A stretch of DNA of 64,000 nucleotides from Vulcanimicrobiales bacterium. Lineage in GTDB: Bacteria; Vulcanimicrobiota; Vulcanimicrobiia; Vulcanimicrobiales; Vulcanimicrobiaceae. A program made the translations under genes and the position numbers. How positions within the stretch are numbered: the first letter of the stretch is position 1; each line of letters opens with the position of its first letter. Below are positions 39,023-49,014 of this stretch, piece by piece. The DNA lies in assembly GCA_038231455.1 (NCBI GenBank), contig JBBRLI010000001.1:32001-96000 (forward strand). Reading direction: 5' to 3'. The notes below the pieces were generated by a model that searched no databases, was not told where the DNA came from, and was given only the letters and a program-made list of their open reading frames with translations.

Positions 39023-41943
39023 ACACGAGCTCGGTTCAGCGCGAGCTGGACCGAACTCATGCAGGCACCGCCGTGGAACTCCAGGCGCGCCTCGCAAAAA
39101 CGGTGTCGGGAACCGTTGCCTTCGACGATCTAACGCGCGGACTCTATGCAACCGACGCGTCGATCTACCAGATCGTGCCGCTGGGTGTCGTCAAGCCGAC
39201 GTCCGTTGCAGATGTCGTCGCGACACTTACCGCCTGCCGTGAGGCAGGCGTTTCCGTGACCGCGCGCGGCGGCGGAACCTCGCAGTGCGGGCAGACGGTT
39301 GGCGACGGCGTGATCGTGGATTGCTCGCCCGGAATGAAGCGCATCCTCGCCTTCGATCCGCAGGCGCGAACCGTTCGAGTCGAACCGGGCGTCGTGCTCG
39401 ATGAGCTGAACCGATTCCTCAAGCCGCACGGGCTTTTTTTTCCTATTGACCCATCGACGGCGAGCCGCTGTACGATCGGCGGCATGGCTGCGAATAATTC
39501 GTCCGGTACGCACTCGATCAAGTACGGCATGATGGTCGAAAACGTGAACGCGATCACAACCGTGCTTGCGGACGGAACGATCGCCGAATTCGGTCCAATC
39601 GGCGAAACGGACGAGATCGAATCGCTCGCACCGATCGTCGCACTCTTGCGTAACCTCGCGGCACGCGAAGCCGCCGAAATACGCGAGCGGTTGCCGAAGA
39701 CGCGCCGCCACGTCGGGGGTTACAATCTGCATTTAGTCGATGCTGGCCCGTTCAATCTTGCGAGCATCCTCGTCGGTTCCGAAGGCACGCTCGGCTTTTT
39801 CACCGAGATCGAACTCCAGTTGCAGCCGATCCCAAAATTCAAAGTCAGCGGCGTCTGCCATTTCCCAACATTCCAGGCAGCGATGGAATCCACGCGCCAC
39901 CTCGTCGCGCTCGGTCCGACCGCAGTCGAGCTGGTCGATCACACCATGCTCGAGCTCTCGCGTTCGAGCGACGTGTATCGCCCGATTATCGAAAAACACA
40001 TCACGGGCGATCCCGGTTCGATTCTCGTTGTCGAATTTGCCGGCGACGATGAGACGCATATTCTCGAACGATTGGACGCGCTCGATATGCGCATGAGCGA
40101 ACTCGGCTTCGAACACGCGGTGAATCGACTGCTCGATAAGAAGTCTCAATACGAAATGGGCGTCGTACGTAGCGCTGGTCTGAACATCATGATGTCGCGG
40201 CACGAGACGGCGAAACCCGTTTCGATCATCGAAGACTGCGCCGTTCCGCTCGAATATCTGGCGGATTACACGGCCCGGCTTACGGCGATCTTCGAAAAAC
40301 ACGGGACCTACGGCACCTGGTACGCGCACGCATCCGAGGGTTGCCTGCACGTGCGGCCGGTGCTCGACATGAAGTCTGACATCGATTTGAAAAAATTGCG
40401 TGAGATCGCCGAAGAAGCGTTCGCCATCGTCCGCGAATACGGCGGCACGCATTCGGGCGAACATGGCGATGGCATCGTCCGTTCGGAATTCCACCGCGAG
40501 ATGCTCGGCGACCGCATCGTTGGTGCGTTCGAGGAAATTAAAGATGCCTTCGATCCGACCGGATTGCTCAATCCGGGCAAGATCGTGCGCGCGCCCAAGA
40601 TGGACGACCGGTCGCTCTTCCGCTACGGGAACGATTATGCCGCGATCGATTTGACAACCGTGCTCGACTGGTCGGCCGACGGCGGATTCCTCGGCGCAAT
40701 CGAACAGTGCAACAATAACGGCGCCTGCCGCAATCATCACTCGGGCGTGATGTGCCCGTCGTACCTCGCGACCGAAGACGAGCAAGACGTCGTACGCGGG
40801 CGCGCAAATGCGCTCCGTCTTGCGATGACGGGACAGCTCGGCCCGGATGCTATTACCTCCGATGCGCTTTACGGCGCGATGGATCTGTGCGTCGGTTGCA
40901 AAGGCTGCAAACGCGAGTGCCCGACCGGCGTCGACATGGCAAAAATGAAAGTGGAGTTTCTCCACCACTATCGCGCAAAGCACGGCCTGCGTCTGAAAGA
41001 CCGCCTCGTTGCGAACCTCCCGCGTCTCGCGCCACTTGCATCGGCATTCGCGTTTTTCGCGAATCTGCGCAACTCGATTCCCGGACTTGCAAAGTTGACC
41101 GAATCCGCAAGCGGCATCTCTTCCAAACGCAAACTGCCGACTTGGCGTAACGACATCTTCCGCGAACGCGAGATTCCAGCGGAACCATTCACGGGAACAC
41201 GCGACGTCGTCTTGCTCGTGGATACCTGGAACCGCTACTACGAACCCGGCATCGCGCGCGATGCGCTGCGCGTGCTGCAAGCAGCGGGCTACACCGTGCA
41301 TGCGCCGGATATGGGCTCCGCACGACCGCTCTGCTGCGGCCGTACCTATCTTTCTGCGGGACTCGTCCACGAAGCGAAGACTGAAGCCAAACGGACGATC
41401 GAGGCATTGCGCCCGTTCGTGGAACGCGGCGTGCCCATCATCGGCCTCGAGCCGTCGTGTCTGCTGACGCTGCGTGATGAGTTCATGACGATGCTGCCGG
41501 GCACCGAAACGTCCGCCCTCTCCGAACACGCCTTTCTCTTCGAAGAGTTCGTCGCAATCGAAATCGACGCTGGACGCTGGAAACTCGACCTGCAGCCGCT
41601 TGCCAAAGAAGCCTACGTTCACGGGCACTGTCATCAAAAGGCATTCGGCGCTATGCCGGCCGTCGAAAAGACGCTCCGCTCGATTCCGAATCTCGACGTC
41701 CATCTCATCGAGTCGAGCTGCTGCGGTATGGCCGGAAGCTTCGGCTACGAAATCGACCACTACGACGTCTCGATGAAGATGGCCGAGCGCACGCTCTTAC
41801 CGGCCGTTCGAACGATGCCCGAGGGCGCACTTCTCGTCACCGACGGGTTGAGTTGCCGCCATCAAATCGAGCATGGTGCCGACAAGCGCGGCGAACATGT
41901 GGCAACGGTTCTCGCCGCGGCTCTTCGGCCAAAGAGCGCTTGA
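39013..41943 (+). CDS. FAD-linked/Fe-S 2-hydroxyacid dehydrogenase (GlcD-GlcF fusion, YdiJ-like)
   Basis: RGGGTS.GQ, GSEGTLG, GEHGDG, CVGCKGCKRECP and CCG motifs. Confidence 0.88.
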   Translation: MGVDTSSVQRELDRTHAGTAVELQARLAKTVSGTVAFDDLTRGLYATDASIYQIVPLGVVKPTSVADVVATLTACREAGVSVTARGGGTSQCGQTVGDGVIVDCSPGMKRILAFDPQARTVRVEPGVVLDELNRFLKPHGLFFPIDPSTASRCTIGGMAANNSSGTHSIKYGMMVENVNAITTVLADGTIAEFGPIGETDEIESLAPIVALLRNLAAREAAEIRERLPKTRRHVGGYNLHLVDAGPFNLASILVGSEGTLGFFTEIELQLQPIPKFKVSGVCHFPTFQAAMESTRHLVALGPTAVELVDHTMLELSRSSDVYRPIIEKHITGDPGSILVVEFAGDDETHILERLDALDMRMSELGFEHAVNRLLDKKSQYEMGVVRSAGLNIMMSRHETAKPVSIIEDCAVPLEYLADYTARLTAIFEKHGTYGTWYAHASEGCLHVRPVLDMKSDIDLKKLREIAEEAFAIVREYGGTHSGEHGDGIVRSEFHREMLGDRIVGAFEEIKDAFDPTGLLNPGKIVRAPKMDDRSLFRYGNDYAAIDLTTVLDWSADGGFLGAIEQCNNNGACRNHHSGVMCPSYLATEDEQDVVRGRANALRLAMTGQLGPDAITSDALYGAMDLCVGCKGCKRECPTGVDMAKMKVEFLHHYRAKHGLRLKDRLVANLPRLAPLASAFAFFANLRNSIPGLAKLTESASGISSKRKLPTWRNDIFREREIPAEPFTGTRDVVLLVDTWNRYYEPGIARDALRVLQAAGYTVHAPDMGSARPLCCGRTYLSAGLVHEAKTEAKRTIEALRPFVERGVPIIGLEPSCLLTLRDEFMTMLPGTETSALSEHAFLFEEFVAIEIDAGRWKLDLQPLAKEAYVHGHCHQKAFGAMPAVEKTLRSIPNLDVHLIESSCCGMAGSFGYEIDHYDVSMKMAERTLLPAVRTMPEGALLVTDGLSCRHQIEHGADKRGEHVATVLAAALRPKSA

Positions 41944-42722
41944 TGCTCCTTACGTTTGCGGTCGCCGTCCTCGGCGTGATCTCGTGCTTTTTCGGTTCGC
42001 TCGTCGGTTTCGGCGGGGGCTTCATCACCGTCCCTGTCCTGCGATTGGTCGGCCAACTACCGCCGCAGACGGTCGCAGCTACTTCGCTGTTCATGGTCGG
42101 CGTAAACGTCGCCGTCGCATCGATCGCGCTGCGCAAACAGAAACGCATCAACTTACGCATGGGCTGGGCGCTAGGCGTCGGCGGCGTGCTCGGCAGTTTC
42201 TTCGGCGTCTACATGCTGCGGTTCATCAACGCGAGCGCATTCGATCTGCTGTACGGACTTATGCTGCTGCTTATCGCTTACATGATGCTCAAACCGACGA
42301 AGTCGACGAATCTGCCGGAGACCGAACTCGAGAGCGAACGCTCGAAGCTGGCCGGAAAAATCGAATTAGGGATTGCTGGTACGCTCGTTGGCTTCGTATC
42401 GACGATCTTCGGAATCGGCGCCGGTACGATCGCGATTCCGCTGCTCATGTGGCGCTACAAGCTGCCCGCCTATATCGCCATGCCGACTTCATCGTTCATC
42501 GCACTCGTTTACATCTGGCCGGGCATCGTCGCCCAAATCGGTGCCCATCGCGTCGATTGGGCGCTCGCGATCCCGCTCTCGATCGGCGCCGTGATCGGTG
42601 CCCAACTCGGTGCGGTCTATTCGGCACGGCTGAAATCAATTCAACTCCAGCGCGTCTTCGGCGCGATCGCGATCTGCGCATTCGTCGGCCTCACGATCCG
42701 CCACATCCCCGCGTTCCACTAG
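41943..42722 (+). CDS. Sulfite exporter TauE/SafE family protein
   Basis: GFGGG and GIGAG repeats; multiple TM segments; TGATG overlap with the upstream stop. Confidence 0.85.
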   Translation: MLLTFAVAVLGVISCFFGSLVGFGGGFITVPVLRLVGQLPPQTVAATSLFMVGVNVAVASIALRKQKRINLRMGWALGVGGVLGSFFGVYMLRFINASAFDLLYGLMLLLIAYMMLKPTKSTNLPETELESERSKLAGKIELGIAGTLVGFVSTIFGIGAGTIAIPLLMWRYKLPAYIAMPTSSFIALVYIWPGIVAQIGAHRVDWALAIPLSIGAVIGAQLGAVYSARLKSIQLQRVFGAIAICAFVGLTIRHIPAFH

Positions 42723-42840
42723 GAGTGACGGCCTCCGTTTTGCCTCCGTAATCACCGTCGACCACGCGTTCATTTACGCGTTAGTGAGCACGAAAACCGC
42801 TCTTGCGTCCGGCACCGTGCTGGACATCGGCGGATGAGCG

Positions 42841-43842
42841 CTATGCGGCTCGAGAACTGACGGAGAATGCTTCCGCCAGAAGTTCGTACGATCTTAAACG
42901 GGTACCGTAATCCGGAGCGATCGTTACGATAAGCGCTTCATCAGCGCCGTGCTCGTCGATTTTTTCTTCGATCTTCTCACGCACTTCATGCGGCGTGCCG
43001 GCGATGATCCTGCGGGTAGCGGCGACTTCGCTTCTCTCGAGCGGCGACCAAGGATAAGCTGCCGTTTCCACAAGCGAGGGCACGGGACTCGATAATCCGC
43101 GGAACAAGCGGAGTCGCCAAAGCGAGACGGGCCAGGTCAGTTCTTCGGCTTCTTCTGCGGTCGGCGCCGTGATCGCCGCGAGTGCGACGATCGCCCGCGG
43201 TTGCGCATATCGTCGCGAAGGCTTGAATCGTTCGCGATACATGCGCACGATCGCGGGCGCATCGCCGCCAATAAAGTGCGCGTACGTATACGGTAGCCCC
43301 ATCTCGGCAGCGAGCAGCGCGCCGTATCCCGACGATCCCAGCATCCAAATATCGGGCGACGTGCCGCCGGTCGGCATTGCTTTGAGCGGCGCGAACGGGC
43401 TGCAATCGGGCGTCGTCCCGTCAAGGAAATCGATCGTGTCGGCGAGCTGTTGCGGGAAGCGATTCACATCGCCCGTCTCGAGCGCAGCGGAGACGAGGTG
43501 CGTCCCGCCCGGCGCACGCCCGATGCCGAGGTCGATACGACCGGGAGCGAGCGCTTCGAGCATACGGAACGTCTCGGCGACTTTGAGGGCGCTGTAGTGC
43601 GGCAGCATCACACCGCCCGTTCCAAGGCGAATGCGCGAAGTCTCTGCCGTCAGACGCGCGAGCAAAATCTCCGGCGCGGCATCGGCAAGCCCGCCCATCG
43701 CGTGGTGTTCGGCGAGCCAGTATCGATGGTAGCCAAGCTGCTCGGCACGCTTCGCAAGGGCAATCGAAGCAGCGATCGCTTGTGCGGGAGTCGAGCCGGA
43801 GACGATCGGGGACTGATCGAGGATACCAATCGGAATTGCCAT
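42841..43842 (-). CDS. Luciferase-like (LLM) flavin-dependent oxidoreductase
   Basis: YWLAEHH, GGVMLPHYS and GRIDLGIGRAPG motifs. Confidence 0.9.
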   Translation of the reverse strand: MAIPIGILDQSPIVSGSTPAQAIAASIALAKRAEQLGYHRYWLAEHHAMGGLADAAPEILLARLTAETSRIRLGTGGVMLPHYSALKVAETFRMLEALAPGRIDLGIGRAPGGTHLVSAALETGDVNRFPQQLADTIDFLDGTTPDCSPFAPLKAMPTGGTSPDIWMLGSSGYGALLAAEMGLPYTYAHFIGGDAPAIVRMYRERFKPSRRYAQPRAIVALAAITAPTAEEAEELTWPVSLWRLRLFRGLSSPVPSLVETAAYPWSPLERSEVAATRRIIAGTPHEVREKIEEKIDEHGADEALIVTIAPDYGTRLRSYELLAEAFSVSSRAA

Positions 43843-43887
43843 GACGCGCGCTACAACACCGAATGAACCGCGTGCGTTGCCGGAGGT

Positions 43888-45111
43888 TTAGACGATGCGG
43901 GCGACGCCGTCGGCCGTCGGCTGGGGAAGCGACATGTCCGCCCCGACTGGGAGCGCACGCTGCGAGGCAAGATACGTTTTGGCTTTGTCGACTTCGGTTG
44001 TGAGCGATTGAACGGTCTGCTGCATCGAGTCGATCGCTTTGAGTTTGAAATTCGCCATATCGTCCATCGCGGAGGTAACATTCGCGAACGCGGCTTTGAG
44101 TTGCTCGACATCGACGGTGGCGCTCGAAGCTTGAGCGTAGACGCGGCCGGCGTTTTCTTTGAGCATCTTCGCATTGCCGGCGATGAGGTTTCCCGTTGTC
44201 GTATTGAGCGCATCGATTTGATCGAGCACGAGTTTCTGGCTTGCGATTGCTTGCGCGACAACCACGGCCGTGCGCAGCGCCGAGACGGTAGTCGTGGTTG
44301 CGCGGTCGATGCCTTTTTGTAATTCGGTGTTGTTCTTTTTCACCAAATCGAGGGCCATGTAGCCTTGGATGTTCACGGCCATCTGCGTTGCAATGTCTTG
44401 CTGCTTCTGGCGCGCGTAAAAGAGTACGTCTTCTTTAAGGATGCGGGCGCGTTCGGGATCGCTCGCTTCAATCGAGCCGATCTTGCCCTGTACGGAATCG
44501 GCGATCTTTCCGGCCAGAAACGCATACTGTTCGAGCTGGCCCATGAGCTTCCACATGTTTTGCTTTTCAAGCTCGATCGCGGCGTTATCGCGCAGCAACG
44601 TATCTTTCGAGCGATAGAGCGCCTCGATGATCGCGTTGAGCTGGCCTTGCGATGACTCGTAGCTGCGAAAATAATCTTGCAGCTTGTTGCCGAACGGCAA
44701 GATGCCGAGCAATTTTTTTGCGCCGAAGAGATCGCCTTGGCGCGACGGGTCGAGTTTCTCGACGGTTCGGCGCAAATCGAGCATTTGCTTGGAGACGTCG
44801 GACTCACCGCCAAACGCGCCCGATTGCATCGCGCGCACCGGTCGCTGCAAGAGCGTGTTTGAGACGTTCGCCGAGGCGACGATTTCTTTGGAACCCATCG
44901 CGCTCAGCGCTGCGACGGCTTTCGTGAAGTCTGCTCCGTCGATCGGCAGCGACACGAGCGTATGCGCCACTTCGTTAACTTGCGTTTCGAGTGCCGCCTG
45001 CTGCGCGGATGTGATCGGCACTTTGCCGGCCGTCGCCGCCGGCGAGATCGCTTTGACGGGCTCGGGGGCAGTTAAGGGTTCGGGCGGTGCTAGTTGAAAG
45101 TCGTCGTTCAC
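43888..45111 (-). CDS. Toxic anion resistance protein (TelA/KlaB family)
   Basis: Helical protein with KKLLGILPFG, LLRDN and GIDRATTTTVSALRTAV motifs. Confidence 0.85.
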   Translation of the reverse strand: MNDDFQLAPPEPLTAPEPVKAISPAATAGKVPITSAQQAALETQVNEVAHTLVSLPIDGADFTKAVAALSAMGSKEIVASANVSNTLLQRPVRAMQSGAFGGESDVSKQMLDLRRTVEKLDPSRQGDLFGAKKLLGILPFGNKLQDYFRSYESSQGQLNAIIEALYRSKDTLLRDNAAIELEKQNMWKLMGQLEQYAFLAGKIADSVQGKIGSIEASDPERARILKEDVLFYARQKQQDIATQMAVNIQGYMALDLVKKNNTELQKGIDRATTTTVSALRTAVVVAQAIASQKLVLDQIDALNTTTGNLIAGNAKMLKENAGRVYAQASSATVDVEQLKAAFANVTSAMDDMANFKLKAIDSMQQTVQSLTTEVDKAKTYLASQRALPVGADMSLPQPTADGVARIV

Positions 45112-45129
45112 GCCGGGTTCTCCAAGATA

Positions 45130-45309
45130 TTAGCGATCGTTGAGGTTGAGATCTTTGGGTCCACCGCACAGATACCGCTCGTATGTGACCGGCTGACCCT
45201 GCTCGCTCGGCGGCTCGCCTCCGCCAAAAATTCCCGCGATCATCTCGCCAAAGCCGCCTTCGGCTGAATCACCGAAGAGCCCGCCGAGGAGTTCGCCGAA
45301 ACCGTCCAC
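45130..45309 (-). CDS. Small Gly-rich hypothetical protein
   Basis: GTG 1 nt after the upstream stop; fills the gap before telA on the same strand. Confidence 0.45.
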   Translation of the reverse strand: MDGFGELLGGLFGDSAEGGFGEMIAGIFGGGEPPSEQGQPVTYERYLCGGPKDLNLNDR

Positions 45310-45310
45310 C

Positions 45311-46159
45311 TTAGTCGTTGAGTCCAATTTGGAATTGCGGTTTGACGCCTTTGGATTCGTGGCGCTTCACGATCGACGTCCCGATCGCCATGAACTCGAT
45401 GATATGCGGTTGCCAGATATGATTTTTCTCGACAATTTGCATACCGACGACACCCTCGGCTCCGTGTGACTCGGCCTCGGCCTGCATGCGCGACATCGCA
45501 AGTTCGCGGGCATCGTAAATCGCCTCGGTATAATTTGGAAGTTCGATGTTGTTGCCGAGCGTGCGCATCGATTGCATGAAGCCTTGGTGCGCGATGTGGT
45601 AGACGCACGTGCCCATGACAAGTTCGGCTGGAATGTAGCCGGCTTCGTGGAGCTTGTAGAAATCTTGAACCGAGAGATCGCTTGTGAACGGTTTTCCGTT
45701 AACGGTCTTGTAGTCGCTACCCGCGGGCGCACTCACGGCCGTGCCAATCGCCGTAAATTCCAGTGCGTTCTCGGCCCACACATAGCCACCGACTTCGAGC
45801 CGCACGCCGACGATGCCGTCGGCACCGAGCGTCGCTGCCTCTTCTTCCATACGCGCCATGGCAAGTTCGCGGGCTTGGTACATCGCCTGCGTGAGCACGC
45901 CGAGTTCTTCGTTGTTGAAGTAATTCGCGTATTGCAGACCGACGTGATAGATCGAACTTCCGAGGACGAGGCCGAGCGGCTCCATCTCCAGTTCCTTGAG
46001 CAACACGAATTCCGAGACCGAGAGATCGCTTGTGAAAAGTGGCTTACCACCCTCACCGCGCATGCGCCGCAGACGCGAGATGGCATCGACCGGCACACCG
46101 CCGGGCGTGACGCGGACGTTCGACTGTTGGTTACCGCGATTACCGCCAAAAAAACTCAC
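45311..46159 (-). CDS. Tandem YbjQ-like (putative heavy-metal-binding) domain protein
   Basis: Internal duplication: FTSDLSV...ARELAMxRM..EA...GA.G.VG...EF.AIGT occurs twice. Confidence 0.8.
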   Translation of the reverse strand: MSFFGGNRGNQQSNVRVTPGGVPVDAISRLRRMRGEGGKPLFTSDLSVSEFVLLKELEMEPLGLVLGSSIYHVGLQYANYFNNEELGVLTQAMYQARELAMARMEEEAATLGADGIVGVRLEVGGYVWAENALEFTAIGTAVSAPAGSDYKTVNGKPFTSDLSVQDFYKLHEAGYIPAELVMGTCVYHIAHQGFMQSMRTLGNNIELPNYTEAIYDARELAMSRMQAEAESHGAEGVVGMQIVEKNHIWQPHIIEFMAIGTSIVKRHESKGVKPQFQIGLND

Positions 46160-46164
46160 CGGGA

Positions 46165-46920
46165 TTACCTCGCAAGAAACGACGTGAGGAGTTCGCGTGT
46201 GGAGCGGTCACGCTCGACGTACGCACCGACATCGTCAAAGAGGCCGTGCAGCCACTCGCCGATCTCGCAGGGTTCCGTGCGCAGCGCGATGCCGCGTACG
46301 ACTTTGGTGACCGACGCCGCGACACCCGAACGTTCCACCGCGAGCGCGTAGCGCAGTGCGTGGTCGCCGCGCGGAACATCCAGCACGAGTGACTTTGGGG
46401 GTCCCCCGAAGAGTCCGCGCTTCACGGTCGTGAGATTCGGAAAGATCGCAGAAAACTTGTCGGCGGCAACCGTGATGAGTTGCTGAGGATTCGATGCAGC
46501 TGCCGAATCGAGTTGCGCGAAAAAGCGCGTCACGAGCGTGCGCGACGGGCCTTCGGCGGGTGCGGCGTGCGGTGCATCCGGCAGCGATTCTTCGGATCCG
46601 AATCGTTCGGTCAGAAACGCACCGTTTGCCGCAAGGTTTGTGCGACTCGCCTCGGCGAGCGCCGCGAGACGCTGACCCGTCGCTTTCTCGAGAAGTGAGA
46701 GTTGTCCGACGAGCATCTCGGCGGCGGCGGCGTCCCGCTGACTCTGCGGAATATCCAAGTATGCGGCGAGCGTGTCCGGCAAATAGCGGCGTTCGGTCTC
46801 TTTGAGCGCATAGGTCGCATCGTCCAGACCGCTCACGCCCGCGGTCAAGCGACGGCCCTCATCGAGGAGGGCCTCGATGCGGGTGAGGACCGCAAGGGCG
46901 CCTTCGGGAAGATCAGACAT
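46165..46920 (-). CDS. Hypothetical protein, XpaC/KlaA-like TelA partner
   Basis: RRYLPDTLAAYL and NGAFLTERF resemble TelA-associated proteins; genomic context agrees. Confidence 0.5.
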   Translation of the reverse strand: MSDLPEGALAVLTRIEALLDEGRRLTAGVSGLDDATYALKETERRYLPDTLAAYLDIPQSQRDAAAAEMLVGQLSLLEKATGQRLAALAEASRTNLAANGAFLTERFGSEESLPDAPHAAPAEGPSRTLVTRFFAQLDSAAASNPQQLITVAADKFSAIFPNLTTVKRGLFGGPPKSLVLDVPRGDHALRYALAVERSGVAASVTKVVRGIALRTEPCEIGEWLHGLFDDVGAYVERDRSTRELLTSFLAR

Positions 46921-46956
46921 TGGCACCACGTCTTACGGCCGCTCGCGCCCGAAGTT

Positions 46957-47922
46957 TCACGCCGGGTCGAGCGCCGTCATCGACGCTGCCGCATAGCGGT
47001 CGCCGACGGCCGAACCCATGGGGAACGCCGCCTCGAGTTGGCCCACGTCATCCGGGCTCAGAACGAGATCGAGCGAGGCAAGGTTTTCATCCAAACGCGT
47101 GCGGCGTTTGGTACCGGGGATCGGCACGATATCGCTTCCGCGCGAAAGCACCCACGCGAGGGCTACTTGGGCTTTGGTCGCGCCTTTTGCTTGCGCGATC
47201 CGTTCTAGTGCGGACACCAGTTCCGCGTTCTTCGCGAAGTTCTCGCCCGAGAAGCGCGGTTGGTTGCGGCGCACGTCATCCGCTGCAAGATCGCCGGGTG
47301 AGGTGAACGCGCCGGTCAGGAAACCGCGGCCGAGCGGACTGTAGGCAACAAACGTGATCCCAAGCTCCCGGGTCGTTGCAAGGACACCGTTTTCGGGATC
47401 GCGCGTCCACAGCGAATACTCCGTTTGCAGCGCGGAGATCGGGTGGACGGCGTGCGCCTTACGCATCGTTGCGGGCGATGCTTCGGAGAGGCCGAGATAT
47501 TTGACCTTGCCGGCCTTCACCAACGTCGCCATTGCGCCGACCGTTTCTTCAATCGGCAACACTTTATTGACGCGGTGCATGTAGTACAGATCGATCGTCT
47601 CGATGCCCAGCTTTTTCAGACTTGCATCGCACGCACGTGTGATATAGCTTGCGTCTTGCTTTTCATCGGGCGGCGGGTTACTGAATTTCGTCGCGAGCAC
47701 GACCGCATCGCGCCGGCCCGAAATCGCGCGGCCGACGAGTTCTTCATTGCCGGCGTACGCTTGCGCGGTGTCGAGGAAATTGACCCCACGGTCGAGCGCG
47801 TGATGGATCGTCGCGATCGATTCGGCATCATCGTACCCGGCGTAAAACGCCGACATGCCCATGCACCCAAGGCCAAGCGCCGAGAGTGCAACGCCGGTTG
47901 TTCCAAGTTTCCGATGCTCCAC
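46957..47922 (-). CDS. Aldo/keto reductase
   Basis: [29 protein letters not shown] and PIPGTK motifs; GTG start 2 nt after the upstream stop. Confidence 0.92.
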   Translation of the reverse strand: MEHRKLGTTGVALSALGLGCMGMSAFYAGYDDAESIATIHHALDRGVNFLDTAQAYAGNEELVGRAISGRRDAVVLATKFSNPPPDEKQDASYITRACDASLKKLGIETIDLYYMHRVNKVLPIEETVGAMATLVKAGKVKYLGLSEASPATMRKAHAVHPISALQTEYSLWTRDPENGVLATTRELGITFVAYSPLGRGFLTGAFTSPGDLAADDVRRNQPRFSGENFAKNAELVSALERIAQAKGATKAQVALAWVLSRGSDIVPIPGTKRRTRLDENLASLDLVLSPDDVGQLEAAFPMGSAVGDRYAAASMTALDPA

Positions 47923-47924
47923 GC

Positions 47925-48971
47925 TTAACTCCGGCTGAGGACGGTGAGCGTGAACGAACCGGGGACCATCGTGCGCGTGGGACGGGTTTGCCCTTCGGCC
48001 GGCGGACCGGTCTTGATCGTCGCCGAGACGACGTAGACATCGTGGTTCGTCGGATTGAGCGCAAGCGTCCGCGCCGTCGGAACCGTTGTGGCCGTTTGCG
48101 CAACCGCAAACGACGTCGGCGAAATCTCGCGCACGACGGTGAGGGTTCCCTCGCCATTCGAGCTCATTGCGAGTTGGGTGCCCGGATCGAACGCCGTTGC
48201 GTCGACGCCTTTGCCGATCGCCGGCGTTGCAAGCACTTTGCCGGTGTCGGTATCGACGATCGCCATCATTTGATTCGAGCAACCCGCGAAAAGCCGGTGG
48301 TGCTTCGTGTCGGCGGCAAGGCCGGTCGGCTCTTCGCACGGCGCGATCGGCCAGGTTTTTGCGACGGTATTCGACTTTGCGTCGATCGCGACGATCTGCG
48401 CCTTATCCTCGAGATTCACGTACATCATGCCGTTGTCGCCGGCCGCAGCGAACTCCGGTACGCCGCCGATCTCGATCGTCGCGAGCACGGCGTTTGATTT
48501 TGCATCGATCGCAATCGCCGAGGTCGCGCCGTGATTGAATGAATACACGCGTTTGGTCACGGGCTCGTACACGATCGCATCGGGATTTTTTCCGGTCGTC
48601 GCAATCGTGGCCGTGGTTTTGAGCGTCGCAAGATCGAAAACGGTCAGGCTGCCGTCACGGCCGTTGCTCGTAAAGCCTTTGCCGAGCTCCGGTGCAAGCG
48701 CGATTCCGTGCACACCCGGTGTCTGCGGAATATCGCCGACGATCGCGCCCGTTGCGGGATCGACAACCATGACATGCGTCGAGCGCGAGATGAACAGATG
48801 CTTGGTGCTCGGGTCGTAGATCAAATAATCCCAACCGCCATCGCCGCCGAGTGCGAACGATTTAGCGACCGTATAGTCACCGGTTGCGGCCGCGACGGGC
48901 GCCGCGGCGAACGAGGGGAGCACCAGGGCCAAGGCTAGGGCGGCCGTCAGGCGCGCGAAGGATGTCTGCAT
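47925..48971 (-). CDS. YncE/YVTN-like beta-propeller secreted protein
   Basis: Signal peptide; [22 protein letters not shown] and ARTLAL motifs. Confidence 0.85.
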   Translation of the reverse strand: MQTSFARLTAALALALVLPSFAAAPVAAATGDYTVAKSFALGGDGGWDYLIYDPSTKHLFISRSTHVMVVDPATGAIVGDIPQTPGVHGIALAPELGKGFTSNGRDGSLTVFDLATLKTTATIATTGKNPDAIVYEPVTKRVYSFNHGATSAIAIDAKSNAVLATIEIGGVPEFAAAGDNGMMYVNLEDKAQIVAIDAKSNTVAKTWPIAPCEEPTGLAADTKHHRLFAGCSNQMMAIVDTDTGKVLATPAIGKGVDATAFDPGTQLAMSSNGEGTLTVVREISPTSFAVAQTATTVPTARTLALNPTNHDVYVVSATIKTGPPAEGQTRPTRTMVPGSFTLTVLSRS

Positions 48972-49014
48972 GGGCGGCTAGGTACGCCGCCGGAGACCGT
49001 TTTCCCTAAGCGTT

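Noticed and set aside
39733-41760. 675-aa minus-strand ORF and other long antisense ORFs (21193..22290, 3330..4325, 34582..35409)
   Set aside because: They are shadows of well-supported opposite-strand genes in high-GC DNA and carry no motifs.
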